From Candidatus Latescibacterota bacterium (lineage in GTDB: Bacteria; Latescibacterota; UBA2968; UBA8231), in assembly GCA_965204725.1 (NCBI GenBank), contig OZ242005.1, positions 1,376,001 to 1,440,000 of the forward strand: a DNA stretch of 64,000 nucleotides. Reading direction: 5' to 3'. The notes under the pieces are model-generated. The model saw nothing but the letters and a program-made list of their open reading frames with translations. It had not been told where the DNA came from and made no database searches. Of this stretch, positions 8,487-17,681 are shown piece by piece. Numbering within the stretch: position 1 is the stretch's first letter; the number at the start of each line of letters is the position of its first letter. A program made the translations under genes and the position numbers.

Positions 8487-9905
8487 ATGGATGGAGTAAG
8501 TATTTCGCTGATCATTGTCGCCTTCTTGGCGATAATCGCGTTGTTGATCGCCGTTAGTACGTTGAGATCAAATGCGACAGCTAATCGCGAAAAGGCCGAA
8601 CTTGCCACAGCCAACGCTCGGCTGGAGAGCGACCTGAAGAACTTAGAGGTACAAGCCGAAGCCGCCCGGCAAGAAGCTAACGAGGTTGACGAACTGCGAA
8701 TCACTAACGCGCAGTTATCCCAGCGTCTGGAGACCGAGTCGGAATTGCTGACGCAGGTGACGCAGGCCAAAGAAACCGTTGATCAGCAGCTAACGGAATT
8801 GCAGGATCAGTTCCAATCGTTGAATGCTGAAAAGGCTCGGCTGGAGAGCGACCTGAAGAATGCGCTCGCGAAGGTGGCAGAACAAGTCGAGTGGGTGAAA
8901 CACTCAACGGCCGAATTTAAGGCCATGTCGTCGGAGGTCTTGGCGGAGCAGCGGAAGTCGTTTATGGACACGGCGAAGGCGACGCTTGAAGAGCGTGAAA
9001 GGGCTGTGGAGCAGATGGTAAAGCCGTTGGCGGAGCAGATCAACGCTCTGGACAAGTCGCGAGTGGAAAGTTCAGCTTCTCTGAAGGAGCAGATCGAGTT
9101 GCTGGTACGGTCCAACGACCAAGTGGCGAACGAGGCACGTAGTCTATCCTCGGCACTATCGAAGCCACAGGTGCGTGGGGCATGGGGAGAAATGCAGGTC
9201 GAGCGCGTACTTGAACTCGCTGGGCTACAGAAAGGCATCCACTACACGACGCAGGACAGCGACCAAAAAGGGGGTCGTACGGACTTCATCGTACATCTGC
9301 CGCACGACCGAGACATCATCCTCGACTCAAAGGTCGTGCTGGCGGCACTGCAAAAAGCAGGTGATGCGAAAACGGACGATGTACGTGAGGCGAGACTGAA
9401 GCGTCACGCCGTGCAGATGCGGTCGTATGCGGAGAATCTGGGATCCAAGGAGTATTGGAGCACATTGCCGGAGACGGCCGACTTCGTGGTGATGGTCGTA
9501 CCGGAGTTCGCATTGGCACCCGCCGTTGAGCGCGAGCCCGCACTCATTGAACGAGCCCTTGAGAATAAGGTCGTGATAGCGACGTACTCGACCTTGGTGG
9601 CGTTGCTAAAGTGCGTGGCGATGGGTTGGCAGGAGCGGAATATCACGGATGAGGCGCATGAGATCGGACGGCTGGGTAGAGACCTACACAATCGTCTGGC
9701 GATATTTGCCGAGCATCTAGCAGGGGTTGGACAGGCACTGGACACAGCGGCGTCGCATTACAATCGCAGCGTAGGTTCGTTTGATGGGCGGCTGTTGCCG
9801 CAGGCGCGTCGGTTCTCGGAACTCGGCGTCGGCACGACACGTGAGATTCCCACCTTGAATCAGATAGACCAGAACTCGCGGCGTTTGCAACGTGCCGAAA
9901 CTTGA
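8487..9905 (+). CDS. rmuC: DNA recombination protein RmuC family
   Basis: N-terminal TM helix, long coiled coil, RGAWGEMQ, TDFIVHLP..IILDSK nuclease motif, DFVVMVVPE. Confidence 0.92.
   Translation: MDGVSISLIIVAFLAIIALLIAVSTLRSNATANREKAELATANARLESDLKNLEVQAEAARQEANEVDELRITNAQLSQRLETESELLTQVTQAKETVDQQLTELQDQFQSLNAEKARLESDLKNALAKVAEQVEWVKHSTAEFKAMSSEVLAEQRKSFMDTAKATLEERERAVEQMVKPLAEQINALDKSRVESSASLKEQIELLVRSNDQVANEARSLSSALSKPQVRGAWGEMQVERVLELAGLQKGIHYTTQDSDQKGGRTDFIVHLPHDRDIILDSKVVLAALQKAGDAKTDDVREARLKRHAVQMRSYAENLGSKEYWSTLPETADFVVMVVPEFALAPAVEREPALIERALENKVVIATYSTLVALLKCVAMGWQERNITDEAHEIGRLGRDLHNRLAIFAEHLAGVGQALDTAASHYNRSVGSFDGRLLPQARRFSELGVGTTREIPTLNQIDQNSRRLQRAET
8616..8860 (+). repeat. 26-bp exact direct repeat inside rmuC
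   Basis: gctcggctggagagcgacctgaagaa at 8616-8641 and 8835-8860, both encoding ARLESDLKN. Confidence 0.85.
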
Positions 9906-10046
9906 TAAACGGAAGCTGGCTATGGCCATCATCCATCAAAAGCGCGTAAGTAGTGATGTAGGATATGTTCGGTCAGGGGCTTAGGTTCTTCATCCGGTAG
10001 GCGGCAGGGCCAGGCTTCACCGAAGACAACTACAGGAGGTTTATTT

Positions 10047-12749
10047 ATGAGTACATATTGGAATTGGCCCGGTTCCCGCTGGTGGCGCGTTGACTTCCAT
10101 ACGCATTCTCCGGCCTCGCATGATTTCGGGAGCCAATCGGAGCGAGATGCTCAGGACTGGGAGTGCTGGATTAAAGCCGTACGCGATGCTGAAATCCAAG
10201 CGGTCGCGATTACGGATCACAATACTGCCGAGGGTATCTCCAAGCTACAGCAGGCCGCTGCCAGCGTGGAAGACGCCCCGGTGCTCTTCCCCGGAGTAGA
10301 GATTACTGCCAGCGACGGGGTCCACCTGCTCTTGCTGATGGACCCGGATTGTAAGCAGCAACACATCGACGCTCTTCTCTCCAGAGTAAAAATTCCCGTA
10401 GATAAACGGGGTGCCGAGACTGCCCGTTCTACACTAAGCGTTGAGGAGATTTTAGGAGAGTGTGGGGGAGACACTCTGATCATCGGTGCTCATGTCAACA
10501 CAGATGCGGGACTGCTCCAAGAACACGATGGCCAGCAGCGGACCACAGTGCTGCGACATCAGAATTTGGCCGCGGTTGAGGTTCACCCGAACAAGGAGAT
10601 CGACGAAAGCTGGCTCGATGGAAGCCGTTCCGAGGTTAAGCGGCGGCTTCCGCAGGTGTGGGCCTCCGACGGTCACGACTTCAACGAGTTGGGCCGGCGT
10701 TTCACTTGGGTAAAAATGACGCGCCCGAACTTGGAAGGGCTACGCTTGGCGCTGCTGGATGGTGCCCCTTCTTCCCTCAAGACCGAGCTAGACGACCCGA
10801 ATGTCCACGCCGACTTGGCCATTGAAAGCATTACCGTTGATAAAGGCAAATTCATTGGTCGAAGTGAGCCGATTACGGTCGAGTTCAATCCGTGGCTGAA
10901 TGCGATCATCGGCGGACGCGGCACCGGCAAATCCACGCTCATTGACTTCTGTCGCAAGACGCTCCGCCGGGAAGCGGAACTCGACCGTAGCGACAGCAGT
11001 GAGGAAGGCTCACTGCGAAGTTTGTTTGAGCTCCGCATGCGCGTTTCCCCATCGCGCCGGGAGGAGGGCCTGCTGACGGATGGAACGCGTGTCGAGGTTG
11101 TGTATCGGAAGAACAGCGAGCGCTTCTTCCTCTCTTGGGACCAGAAAGGATCGGTGCGCCCCATCGCTCGCTTGGATGGAGACGAACGAATTCCCGAAGA
11201 GGGCGATATCCGCGAGCGCTTTCCGGTGCGTATCTACAGCCAGAAACAGCTATTCGCCCTCGCCCAGGATCCGAACGCTCTGCTCGCGGTCATTGACGAC
11301 AGTGAAATCGTCGGTGGGGCGGGCCTGAAACGACAGATCACACAGAGGGAGACCCGCTATCTGTCTCTATGCGCCGAAGCTCGTGCGGCGTATAAGCAAG
11401 CGGACGGTCTGCCGACACTCCGAGCGTCGCACGCGGAAGTGCGACGCAAGCTGGATATTCTCGAGGGAGGAGGACAAGCGCAGGCTCTGAACGAGTACCG
11501 AAAGCGACGCCAGCAGAATGAAACTTGGCGAGCGATTCTCGAGGCGGCTTCGCAAGCGGTGGAATCCGTGGGAGACAGCGCGGCTGAGCTTTCGGTCGCC
11601 GATCTCAATATCGGAGCCGATGCCGAGGACGATCCAGCACAGGCGAGTCTTATGCGTATGCACAAAACGCTGAGACAGGCCGTCGCACACCTTGAGAGCA
11701 GGGTACGCGAGAGTGTAGAGCAAACTCGGCGAGAGATCGATAAAATTGACAAGGGCGCGGATGCTGACCAGTGGCGGGCGGCAGTGAAAACCAGCGAAAA
11801 CGAATTCCAGAGAGTATCTTCCCAGCTTGCCGAAGAAGGCATTTCCGCTCCGAACGAGTACGGAGACCTGCTGGAACAGGCGGCTGAGCTCAAGCGAGAA
11901 ATTGAATCTTTGGAGAAAGAGCAGAAGCGGGCGGAGGAACTGGAGAGTAAGGCCGCTAAGACTCTTGACGAATACCGCAGGCTACGCTGTGAGTTGAGCT
12001 ATAAACGCCGGAACTTCGCGCGCGAGATGTCTGGCGAGAGAATCCGCGTTGAAATAGATGAATACGCAAACCGCAAGAATCTTGCGGAAGAGTTGAGCGA
12101 GATTCTTGGCATTGAGCACTTTGCAGATGACCGTCGGGAGCTCGCCCGGAGAATTCAGCCCAAACAGGGTCAATCATGGGAGTGGGAGAAGCTGGATGGT
12201 GTAGTTACAGCGATGCGTCAGCTTCTTTCGGGAGATCGAGGTTTCTTGACGATGAAAGACGCACGTTTTGGGACCGCCCTAAAAAGGGTTCCACCCGAGA
12301 GGATTGATCGCCTCGGTCTGTATCTTCCAGAAGATGCTGTTAAGGTCAGTTTCAAAGAGCGTGGGAACTGGAGGCATCTCACCCAAGGATCGCCAGGGCA
12401 GCAAACGGCTGCGCTCTTGTCCTTTGTTCTGGGCTATGGTTCCGAGCCGATCATCCTAGATCAGCCTGAAGACGACTTGGATAACACCCTAATTTACGAA
12501 CTGCTGGTCCGTCGGCTGAGAGAAACAAAGACCAATCGTCAGGTGATCGTCGTCACCCACAATCCCAATATCGTCGTCCACGGCGACGCCGAACTCGTGC
12601 TCTCACTTGAGGCCAGAGATGGCCAGAGTCACATTGCCTGTGCAGGAGGCCTTCAGGAAAGGCGGGTTCGAGAAGAAATTTGTCGCGTGATGGAGGGGGG
12701 GCGGGAGGCTTTCAAACGTCGCTACCAGCGGATTATGCCCCCGCAATGA
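10047..12749 (+). CDS. PHP phosphoesterase + SMC/ABC-type ATPase fusion (TrlF / Ppl-like anti-phage protein)
   Basis: PHP motifs DFHTHS, ITDHN, GVEI, GAH, SDGH; Walker A GGRGTGKS; coiled coil; signature GSPGQ; Walker B ILDQPED; VVTHN; AGGAGG RBS. Confidence 0.88.
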   Translation: MSTYWNWPGSRWWRVDFHTHSPASHDFGSQSERDAQDWECWIKAVRDAEIQAVAITDHNTAEGISKLQQAAASVEDAPVLFPGVEITASDGVHLLLLMDPDCKQQHIDALLSRVKIPVDKRGAETARSTLSVEEILGECGGDTLIIGAHVNTDAGLLQEHDGQQRTTVLRHQNLAAVEVHPNKEIDESWLDGSRSEVKRRLPQVWASDGHDFNELGRRFTWVKMTRPNLEGLRLALLDGAPSSLKTELDDPNVHADLAIESITVDKGKFIGRSEPITVEFNPWLNAIIGGRGTGKSTLIDFCRKTLRREAELDRSDSSEEGSLRSLFELRMRVSPSRREEGLLTDGTRVEVVYRKNSERFFLSWDQKGSVRPIARLDGDERIPEEGDIRERFPVRIYSQKQLFALAQDPNALLAVIDDSEIVGGAGLKRQITQRETRYLSLCAEARAAYKQADGLPTLRASHAEVRRKLDILEGGGQAQALNEYRKRRQQNETWRAILEAASQAVESVGDSAAELSVADLNIGADAEDDPAQASLMRMHKTLRQAVAHLESRVRESVEQTRREIDKIDKGADADQWRAAVKTSENEFQRVSSQLAEEGISAPNEYGDLLEQAAELKREIESLEKEQKRAEELESKAAKTLDEYRRLRCELSYKRRNFAREMSGERIRVEIDEYANRKNLAEELSEILGIEHFADDRRELARRIQPKQGQSWEWEKLDGVVTAMRQLLSGDRGFLTMKDARFGTALKRVPPERIDRLGLYLPEDAVKVSFKERGNWRHLTQGSPGQQTAALLSFVLGYGSEPIILDQPEDDLDNTLIYELLVRRLRETKTNRQVIVVTHNPNIVVHGDAELVLSLEARDGQSHIACAGGLQERRVREEICRVMEGGREAFKRRYQRIMPPQ

Positions 12750-13972
12750 TGGAACGAGATGAGTTAGTGCGGCGCATCCGCCTCGGTGAGGACTCGACGT
12801 TGGAACTCAAGCAGGTACTGCTGGCTGGTTCCAAGGTCGCAGCACCTAGGCGCGACGAATTTGCCGATGAGTTGGCCAGCATGGCGAATGGTCGGGGAGG
12901 GACCATTTTGCTGGGGGTCGAAGACAAAAGCCGCGAAATTTTGGGCATCCCAGTGGATCGATTGGACGCGGTCGAAGGGTGGGTGCGAGAAATCTGCAAC
13001 GATTCCGTGGATCCCCCACTTGACGCGGAGATCCAAAAGGTTGAACTCCCTAGTGCCGACGGCCGTCTCGTTGCCGTAATTTGCGTCGAAATCGTCCGCA
13101 GTCTGTTTGTCCACAAAAGTCCAAGCGGCTATTTCCGCAGGATCGGCAGTTCAAAGCGCGAGATGTCTCCTGAGTTGCTCGCCCGGCTGTTCCAAGAGCG
13201 CAGCCAGAGCCGCGTAATTCGGTTTGACGAGTCGCCGGTGCCTAGGACCGCACCGGAAAATCTGGATGATGGATTGACTCGCCGATTCTTACGGGAGGAT
13301 GGGGTTTTGACCGAGGACGATCTGCGTAAACTTCGGATCGTCGCCAACGACGAAGACGACATCGCACGGATCACAGTCGCCGGTATGCTGTTATGCACTC
13401 GCGATCCGGGACAGTGGATGCCGCATGCACAAATTCAGGCGGTGAGCTATGTGGGCGAGCGACAAGACATTAATTACCAAAGCGATGCGCGCGACTTTGG
13501 TGGGCCGCTTGATGATCAGATTATTGAGGCGTTGCACTTCGTGCGCAGGAATATGCGGGTTTCAGCCATGAAAACGATGGCTCGGGTGGAGACCCCTCAA
13601 TTCAGCGAGCGCGCGGTTTTCGAGGCCCTCGTCAACGCGGTTGCCCACAGAGATTACTCAATGGTGGGTGCGAGGGTGCGGCTGCATCTGTTCGGGAACC
13701 GTCTCGAACTCTATGTACCAGGAGCACTGGCGAATACGCTCACGCCAGACAGTATGGATTTGCGGCAATACAGCCGAAACGAGTTGATCGTTTCGCTGCT
13801 GGCGCGTTGTCCTGTTTGGGAGGGCGAGGCACTGGGGCGGACGCATATAATGGATCGAAGAGGGGATGGAGTGCCGGTCATTCTAAATGAGAGCCGCAAA
13901 CTCTCGGGCCGTCGCCCCGAGTACCGCTTGATTGACGACAGCGAATTGCAGTTGGTGATTTGGGCGGCGTAG
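12746..13972 (+). CDS. Schlafen/AlbA_2 domain + HATPase_c_4-like ATP-binding protein
   Basis: GEDSTLELK, ASMANGRGGTILLGVED, YFRRIGSS; EALVNAVAHRDY, RNELI, RRGDGV; ATGA overlap with upstream stop. Confidence 0.85.
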   Translation: MMERDELVRRIRLGEDSTLELKQVLLAGSKVAAPRRDEFADELASMANGRGGTILLGVEDKSREILGIPVDRLDAVEGWVREICNDSVDPPLDAEIQKVELPSADGRLVAVICVEIVRSLFVHKSPSGYFRRIGSSKREMSPELLARLFQERSQSRVIRFDESPVPRTAPENLDDGLTRRFLREDGVLTEDDLRKLRIVANDEDDIARITVAGMLLCTRDPGQWMPHAQIQAVSYVGERQDINYQSDARDFGGPLDDQIIEALHFVRRNMRVSAMKTMARVETPQFSERAVFEALVNAVAHRDYSMVGARVRLHLFGNRLELYVPGALANTLTPDSMDLRQYSRNELIVSLLARCPVWEGEALGRTHIMDRRGDGVPVILNESRKLSGRRPEYRLIDDSELQLVIWAA

Positions 13973-13982
13973 CCCATCCAAC

Positions 13983-15335
13983 TTAATCGCCAAAAAACTC
14001 TCGGTAGAGCGCGCGCACGGCTGCGGGAATGTCGGCGGCCGCAATGCCGAACATCATGCTGACTTCGCTCGACCCCTGATTGATCATTTCTATGTTGACC
14101 GCAGCGCGTGCAAAGGCCGTGCAGGCCCGGGCGGCCAAGCCAATGGTGTGGTGCATGCCCTCGCCGACGATCATCACCAAGGCGAGGCCGCGGGCGACCG
14201 ACAGCTCATCGACTGCGAGCTCGGTGCGGATCCGGCGCAACACGCGCTCTGCGGTCGCGGGGTTGAAATGCGATTCGCGCACAATCACCGACATGTTGTC
14301 AATGCCCGAAGGGGTGTGTTCAAAGGGGATTCCCTCGTCCTCAAAAATGGCCAGCAAGCGGCGGCCAAAGCCCACTTCGCGATTCATTAGGTACTTGCTG
14401 ATGTACACGCTGCAAAACCCGTCGGTCGCGGCGATGCCAACGACCGGGCGGTCGCCGATGGGGCGCTGGGGGACGATGCGGGTGCCGGGTGCCTGCGGGT
14501 TGTTGGTGTTTTTGACGACGACCGGAATTCCGGCGTGGAACACGGGTTCGAGGGCCTCGTCGTGAAATACGGAAAACCCCGCGTAGGACAGCTCGCGCAT
14601 CTCGCGGTAGGTAATCTCGGCGACGGCGACCGGGTCGGCCACGAGCGCGGGATTGGCCGTAAAGACCGAGTCCACGTCCGTGAAGTTTTCGTACAGGGTC
14701 GCATTGACGGCCGCGGCGAGGATCGCGCCGGTTATGTCCGAGCCGCCGCGCGAGAAGGTGACGACGCGGCCGGTGGGCGAATAGCCAAAAAAACCCGGGA
14801 AAATGGTGATGCCCGAGCGGTCCTTGAGCTGGCGCAGCTTGCCGTAAGACGCCTGCAAGACGCGGGCGTTGCCCGGCTCTTCTGAGAGCATTAAGCCGCC
14901 GGCGCCCGGGTCGAGGTAGTAGGCTTCGGCTCCGCTATAGCGCAGGTATTCGGCCACTAGGCGGGCGCAGTTGTCCTCGCCGCCAGCCTTCATGGCGTCC
15001 GCGTAGAGCGCCTTGTCGTGCGGGTTTAGGGCCAGTCGCCGCTCAAAGTCGGCGACAATGGGCGCGAGCGCTGCATCCGGCAAGCCGAGGTCGCCGACGA
15101 TGGCGGCATAGCGGTCGATGACGTGCGCCAGCGCGGTGCGGCCGTCTTGGTTGGTTAGCTGGGCGCGGACTACTTCGATGAGGAGGTCGGTTACTTTGGC
15201 GTCTTCCCGGTCGCGCTTGCCCGGGGCCGAAACCACGACGAGCCGGCGCGCTGGGTCGGCGGTGATAATGGCGCAGATTTTCTTTATTTGCTCGGCTGAG
15301 GCAAGGGAAGTGCCGCCGAATTTGGCTACTTTCAT
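13983..15335 (-). CDS. lysC: Aspartate kinase (YclM/aspartokinase III-like, two ACT domains)
   Basis: KFGGTSLA, VVSAPG, FSRGGSDITG, SKYLMNREVGFGR, INQGSSEVSMMF. Confidence 0.92.
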   Translation of the reverse strand: MKVAKFGGTSLASAEQIKKICAIITADPARRLVVVSAPGKRDREDAKVTDLLIEVVRAQLTNQDGRTALAHVIDRYAAIVGDLGLPDAALAPIVADFERRLALNPHDKALYADAMKAGGEDNCARLVAEYLRYSGAEAYYLDPGAGGLMLSEEPGNARVLQASYGKLRQLKDRSGITIFPGFFGYSPTGRVVTFSRGGSDITGAILAAAVNATLYENFTDVDSVFTANPALVADPVAVAEITYREMRELSYAGFSVFHDEALEPVFHAGIPVVVKNTNNPQAPGTRIVPQRPIGDRPVVGIAATDGFCSVYISKYLMNREVGFGRRLLAIFEDEGIPFEHTPSGIDNMSVIVRESHFNPATAERVLRRIRTELAVDELSVARGLALVMIVGEGMHHTIGLAARACTAFARAAVNIEMINQGSSEVSMMFGIAAADIPAAVRALYREFFGD

Positions 15336-15389
15336 CGGGTCTCTTTGTGTATGATGGTTTGCCTCCTAAAAAATGCACGAATCGCCATT

Positions 15390-15418
15390 TTTACAAATTT
15401 GTCTTTTGTGATTATCTT
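15390..15418 (+). promoter_or_regulatory. Putative sigma70 promoter for qor operon
   Basis: TTTACA-17 bp-TATCTT in an AT-rich divergent intergenic region. Confidence 0.5.
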
Positions 15419-15475
15419 AAATCGCTTATCTAAGATGCCGCTGCGCCAGCGGCCCCTATCATACAAAGGTTCACG

Positions 15476-16444
15476 ATGAAAGCAGTGCGTTTCCACCAGT
15501 GCGGAGGCCCTGAGGTCCTCACCTATGAGGACGTGCCCGCGCCCACCCCGAAGCCGGGCGAGGCCGTCGTCGAAATCAAAGCTATCGGCTTGAATTATAT
15601 CGACACCTATCACCGCGAAGGGCTGTACCCAGTTGAACTGCCCTGCATCCCCGGCATGGAAGCCGCTGGGGTCGTCGCTCGGGTGGGCGAAGGCGTGCAG
15701 GGCGTGCAGGTGGGGGATCGCGTGGGGTATGCCGGGGTGATGGGGGCGTATGCGGCCGAAGCCGTCGTGCCCGCAGACCGCTTGGTTCCGCTGCCGGCCG
15801 CCGCGTCCTATCAGGTGGGGGCCGCCGCTTTGCTACAAGGCATGACGGCGCATTACCTCGCCTATCGGTCCTACCGGCTGGGCCGCGCAGACACGGCTCT
15901 AATCCACGCCGGGGCCGGCGGTGTGGGCCTGCTCCTAATTCAGATGGCCAAGCGGTGCGGGGCGCGGGTGTTTTGCACGGTCTCGACCGCGGAGAAGGAG
16001 CAGCTAGCACGGAATGCGGGGGCGGATGAGGTCATCCGCTACACCGAGCGCGACTTTGAACAGGACGTCATGGCACTCACCGAGGGGCGCGGCGTAGATG
16101 TGGTGTACGATTCTGTGGGCCAAGCGACCTTTGACAAGAGCTTGAATGTGCTCAGGCCCTTGGGCTACTTGGTGTTGTTCGGTCAGTCGAGCGGCCCGGT
16201 CCCGCCCTTTGACCCCGGCATCCTCAGCGCGAAGGGGTCGCTCTTCTTGACTCGGCCTACCATGATGCACTACACCCAGACCCGTGCGGACCTATTGGAA
16301 CGCGCCAACGCGGTGTTAGAATGGGTCGCGGCCGGCGAGTTGGTGCTGCGCATCAGCACTGAGTTTGGCTTGGCGGACGCGGCTGAAGCCCACCGCGCCT
16401 TGCAGGGGCGCAAGACGACCGGCAAGGTCGTCCTCATACCGTGA
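15476..16444 (+). CDS. qor: NADPH:quinone oxidoreductase (zeta-crystallin type)
   Basis: IGLNYID, LQGMTAHYL, HAGAGGVG, VVYDSVG, KGSLFLTRP, RKTTGKVVL. Confidence 0.93.
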   Translation: MKAVRFHQCGGPEVLTYEDVPAPTPKPGEAVVEIKAIGLNYIDTYHREGLYPVELPCIPGMEAAGVVARVGEGVQGVQVGDRVGYAGVMGAYAAEAVVPADRLVPLPAAASYQVGAAALLQGMTAHYLAYRSYRLGRADTALIHAGAGGVGLLLIQMAKRCGARVFCTVSTAEKEQLARNAGADEVIRYTERDFEQDVMALTEGRGVDVVYDSVGQATFDKSLNVLRPLGYLVLFGQSSGPVPPFDPGILSAKGSLFLTRPTMMHYTQTRADLLERANAVLEWVAAGELVLRISTEFGLADAAEAHRALQGRKTTGKVVLIP

Positions 16445-16465
16445 AGGACCCTCAGGAGACAGGCG

Positions 16466-17680
16466 ATGACAGAGGAACGAACCCCGGCCCAAGACGCGGA
16501 CTTTGCCCAGATGCTCGACGCCGAAGGGGTGCCCCCGGCCCCGGCCATCCATTCGGTCGCAATCGGCGACGAGGTCAGCGGCGTGATCGTCAAGGTCGAG
16601 GACGAGCATAGCTTTGTGGAATACGGCAGTCGGAACGAAGCCGTCATGCGCACCAGCGAGCTCAAAGGCCCGGATGGGGCAATGGCCTATAAGGTCGGCG
16701 ACCCGATCGCGGCGTTTGTCGTGGCCGTCGGTGACCAAGTCCAGATCAGCCGGGGGCTGAGCCGCCAAGACACCCAGGCGGACCTGCTCTATCAAGCGTA
16801 CAAGGCCGGGCTGCCGGTCGAAGGCCGGGTTGACGCGGTCAATAAGGGGGGATTGGGCGTGACCATCGAGGGCGATGTGCGCGGTTTTTGCCCGATCTCG
16901 CACGTCAATACCCAGTACGTGAAAAACGCCGAGGAGTACCGCGGCCAGACCTTGTCCTTCAAAATTATCGAGTTCCGGCACCAAGGCCGCAATATCGTCC
17001 TGTCGCGCCGTGCCCTACTCGAAGCCGAGCAGGACAAGGCCGCCGGCTTGGTGCGCAGCCAGCTAAAGAAGGGTGCCCAACTGGCGGGCAAGGTGACGCG
17101 GCTGGAGTCTTTTGGGGCGTTCGTGGATTTGGGTTCGGGAGTCGAGGGCTTGGTCCACGTCTCGGAAATCAGCCATCGCCGCGTCGGCCATCCCCAAGAA
17201 GCCCTCGCGGTGGGGCAGCCGGTCCAAGTTGAGGTCTTGCGCACCAAGGACTTGGGCAAGCGGCGCAAGGAGCGGATATCGCTTTCGATCAAGGCGCTGG
17301 AAAAGGACCCTTGGGAAGCGATCAAGGAGCAGTTCGCAGTCGGCACGGTCGTCACGGGCAAGGTGGATGGGCTGGAGGATTTTGGCGCGTTTGTCGAGCT
17401 GGCCGAAGGGGTGCGCGGGCTGGTGCATGTCTCAGAGGTCGCCGACCGCCGCATCGGCCACCCGCGTGAGGTCCTCTCGCTCGGGGACGAGGTCAAGGTG
17501 GTGGTGCTCGAAGTGGATGTCCGCCAACAGCGCTTGCGCCTGTCGATCAGCCAAGTCGATGCCCTCGAATCCAAGGCTCATCTCGCCGAGTTCCGCCAGC
17601 GGCAGCAGCAGGAGCAGGAAGCGACGCAGGGTAGCAGCGCCATGCTCGACGCGCTCCGGCGCGCCAATCTGACGGACTGA
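16466..17680 (+). CDS. S1 RNA-binding protein with four S1 domains (short RpsA-like)
   Basis: Repeated FGAFVdL..GV.GLVHVSE; RGFCPIS; IVLSRR. Confidence 0.85.
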   Translation: MTEERTPAQDADFAQMLDAEGVPPAPAIHSVAIGDEVSGVIVKVEDEHSFVEYGSRNEAVMRTSELKGPDGAMAYKVGDPIAAFVVAVGDQVQISRGLSRQDTQADLLYQAYKAGLPVEGRVDAVNKGGLGVTIEGDVRGFCPISHVNTQYVKNAEEYRGQTLSFKIIEFRHQGRNIVLSRRALLEAEQDKAAGLVRSQLKKGAQLAGKVTRLESFGAFVDLGSGVEGLVHVSEISHRRVGHPQEALAVGQPVQVEVLRTKDLGKRRKERISLSIKALEKDPWEAIKEQFAVGTVVTGKVDGLEDFGAFVELAEGVRGLVHVSEVADRRIGHPREVLSLGDEVKVVVLEVDVRQQRLRLSISQVDALESKAHLAEFRQRQQQEQEATQGSSAMLDALRRANLTD

Positions 17681-17681
17681 G

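Noticed and set aside
8422-13982. Integrative element or prophage boundaries around the defence block
   Set aside because: No integrase, tRNA or flanking direct repeats seen
15336-15475. Lysine riboswitch upstream of aspartokinase
   Set aside because: The 140-bp AT-rich gap must hold two promoters and shows no L-box motifs
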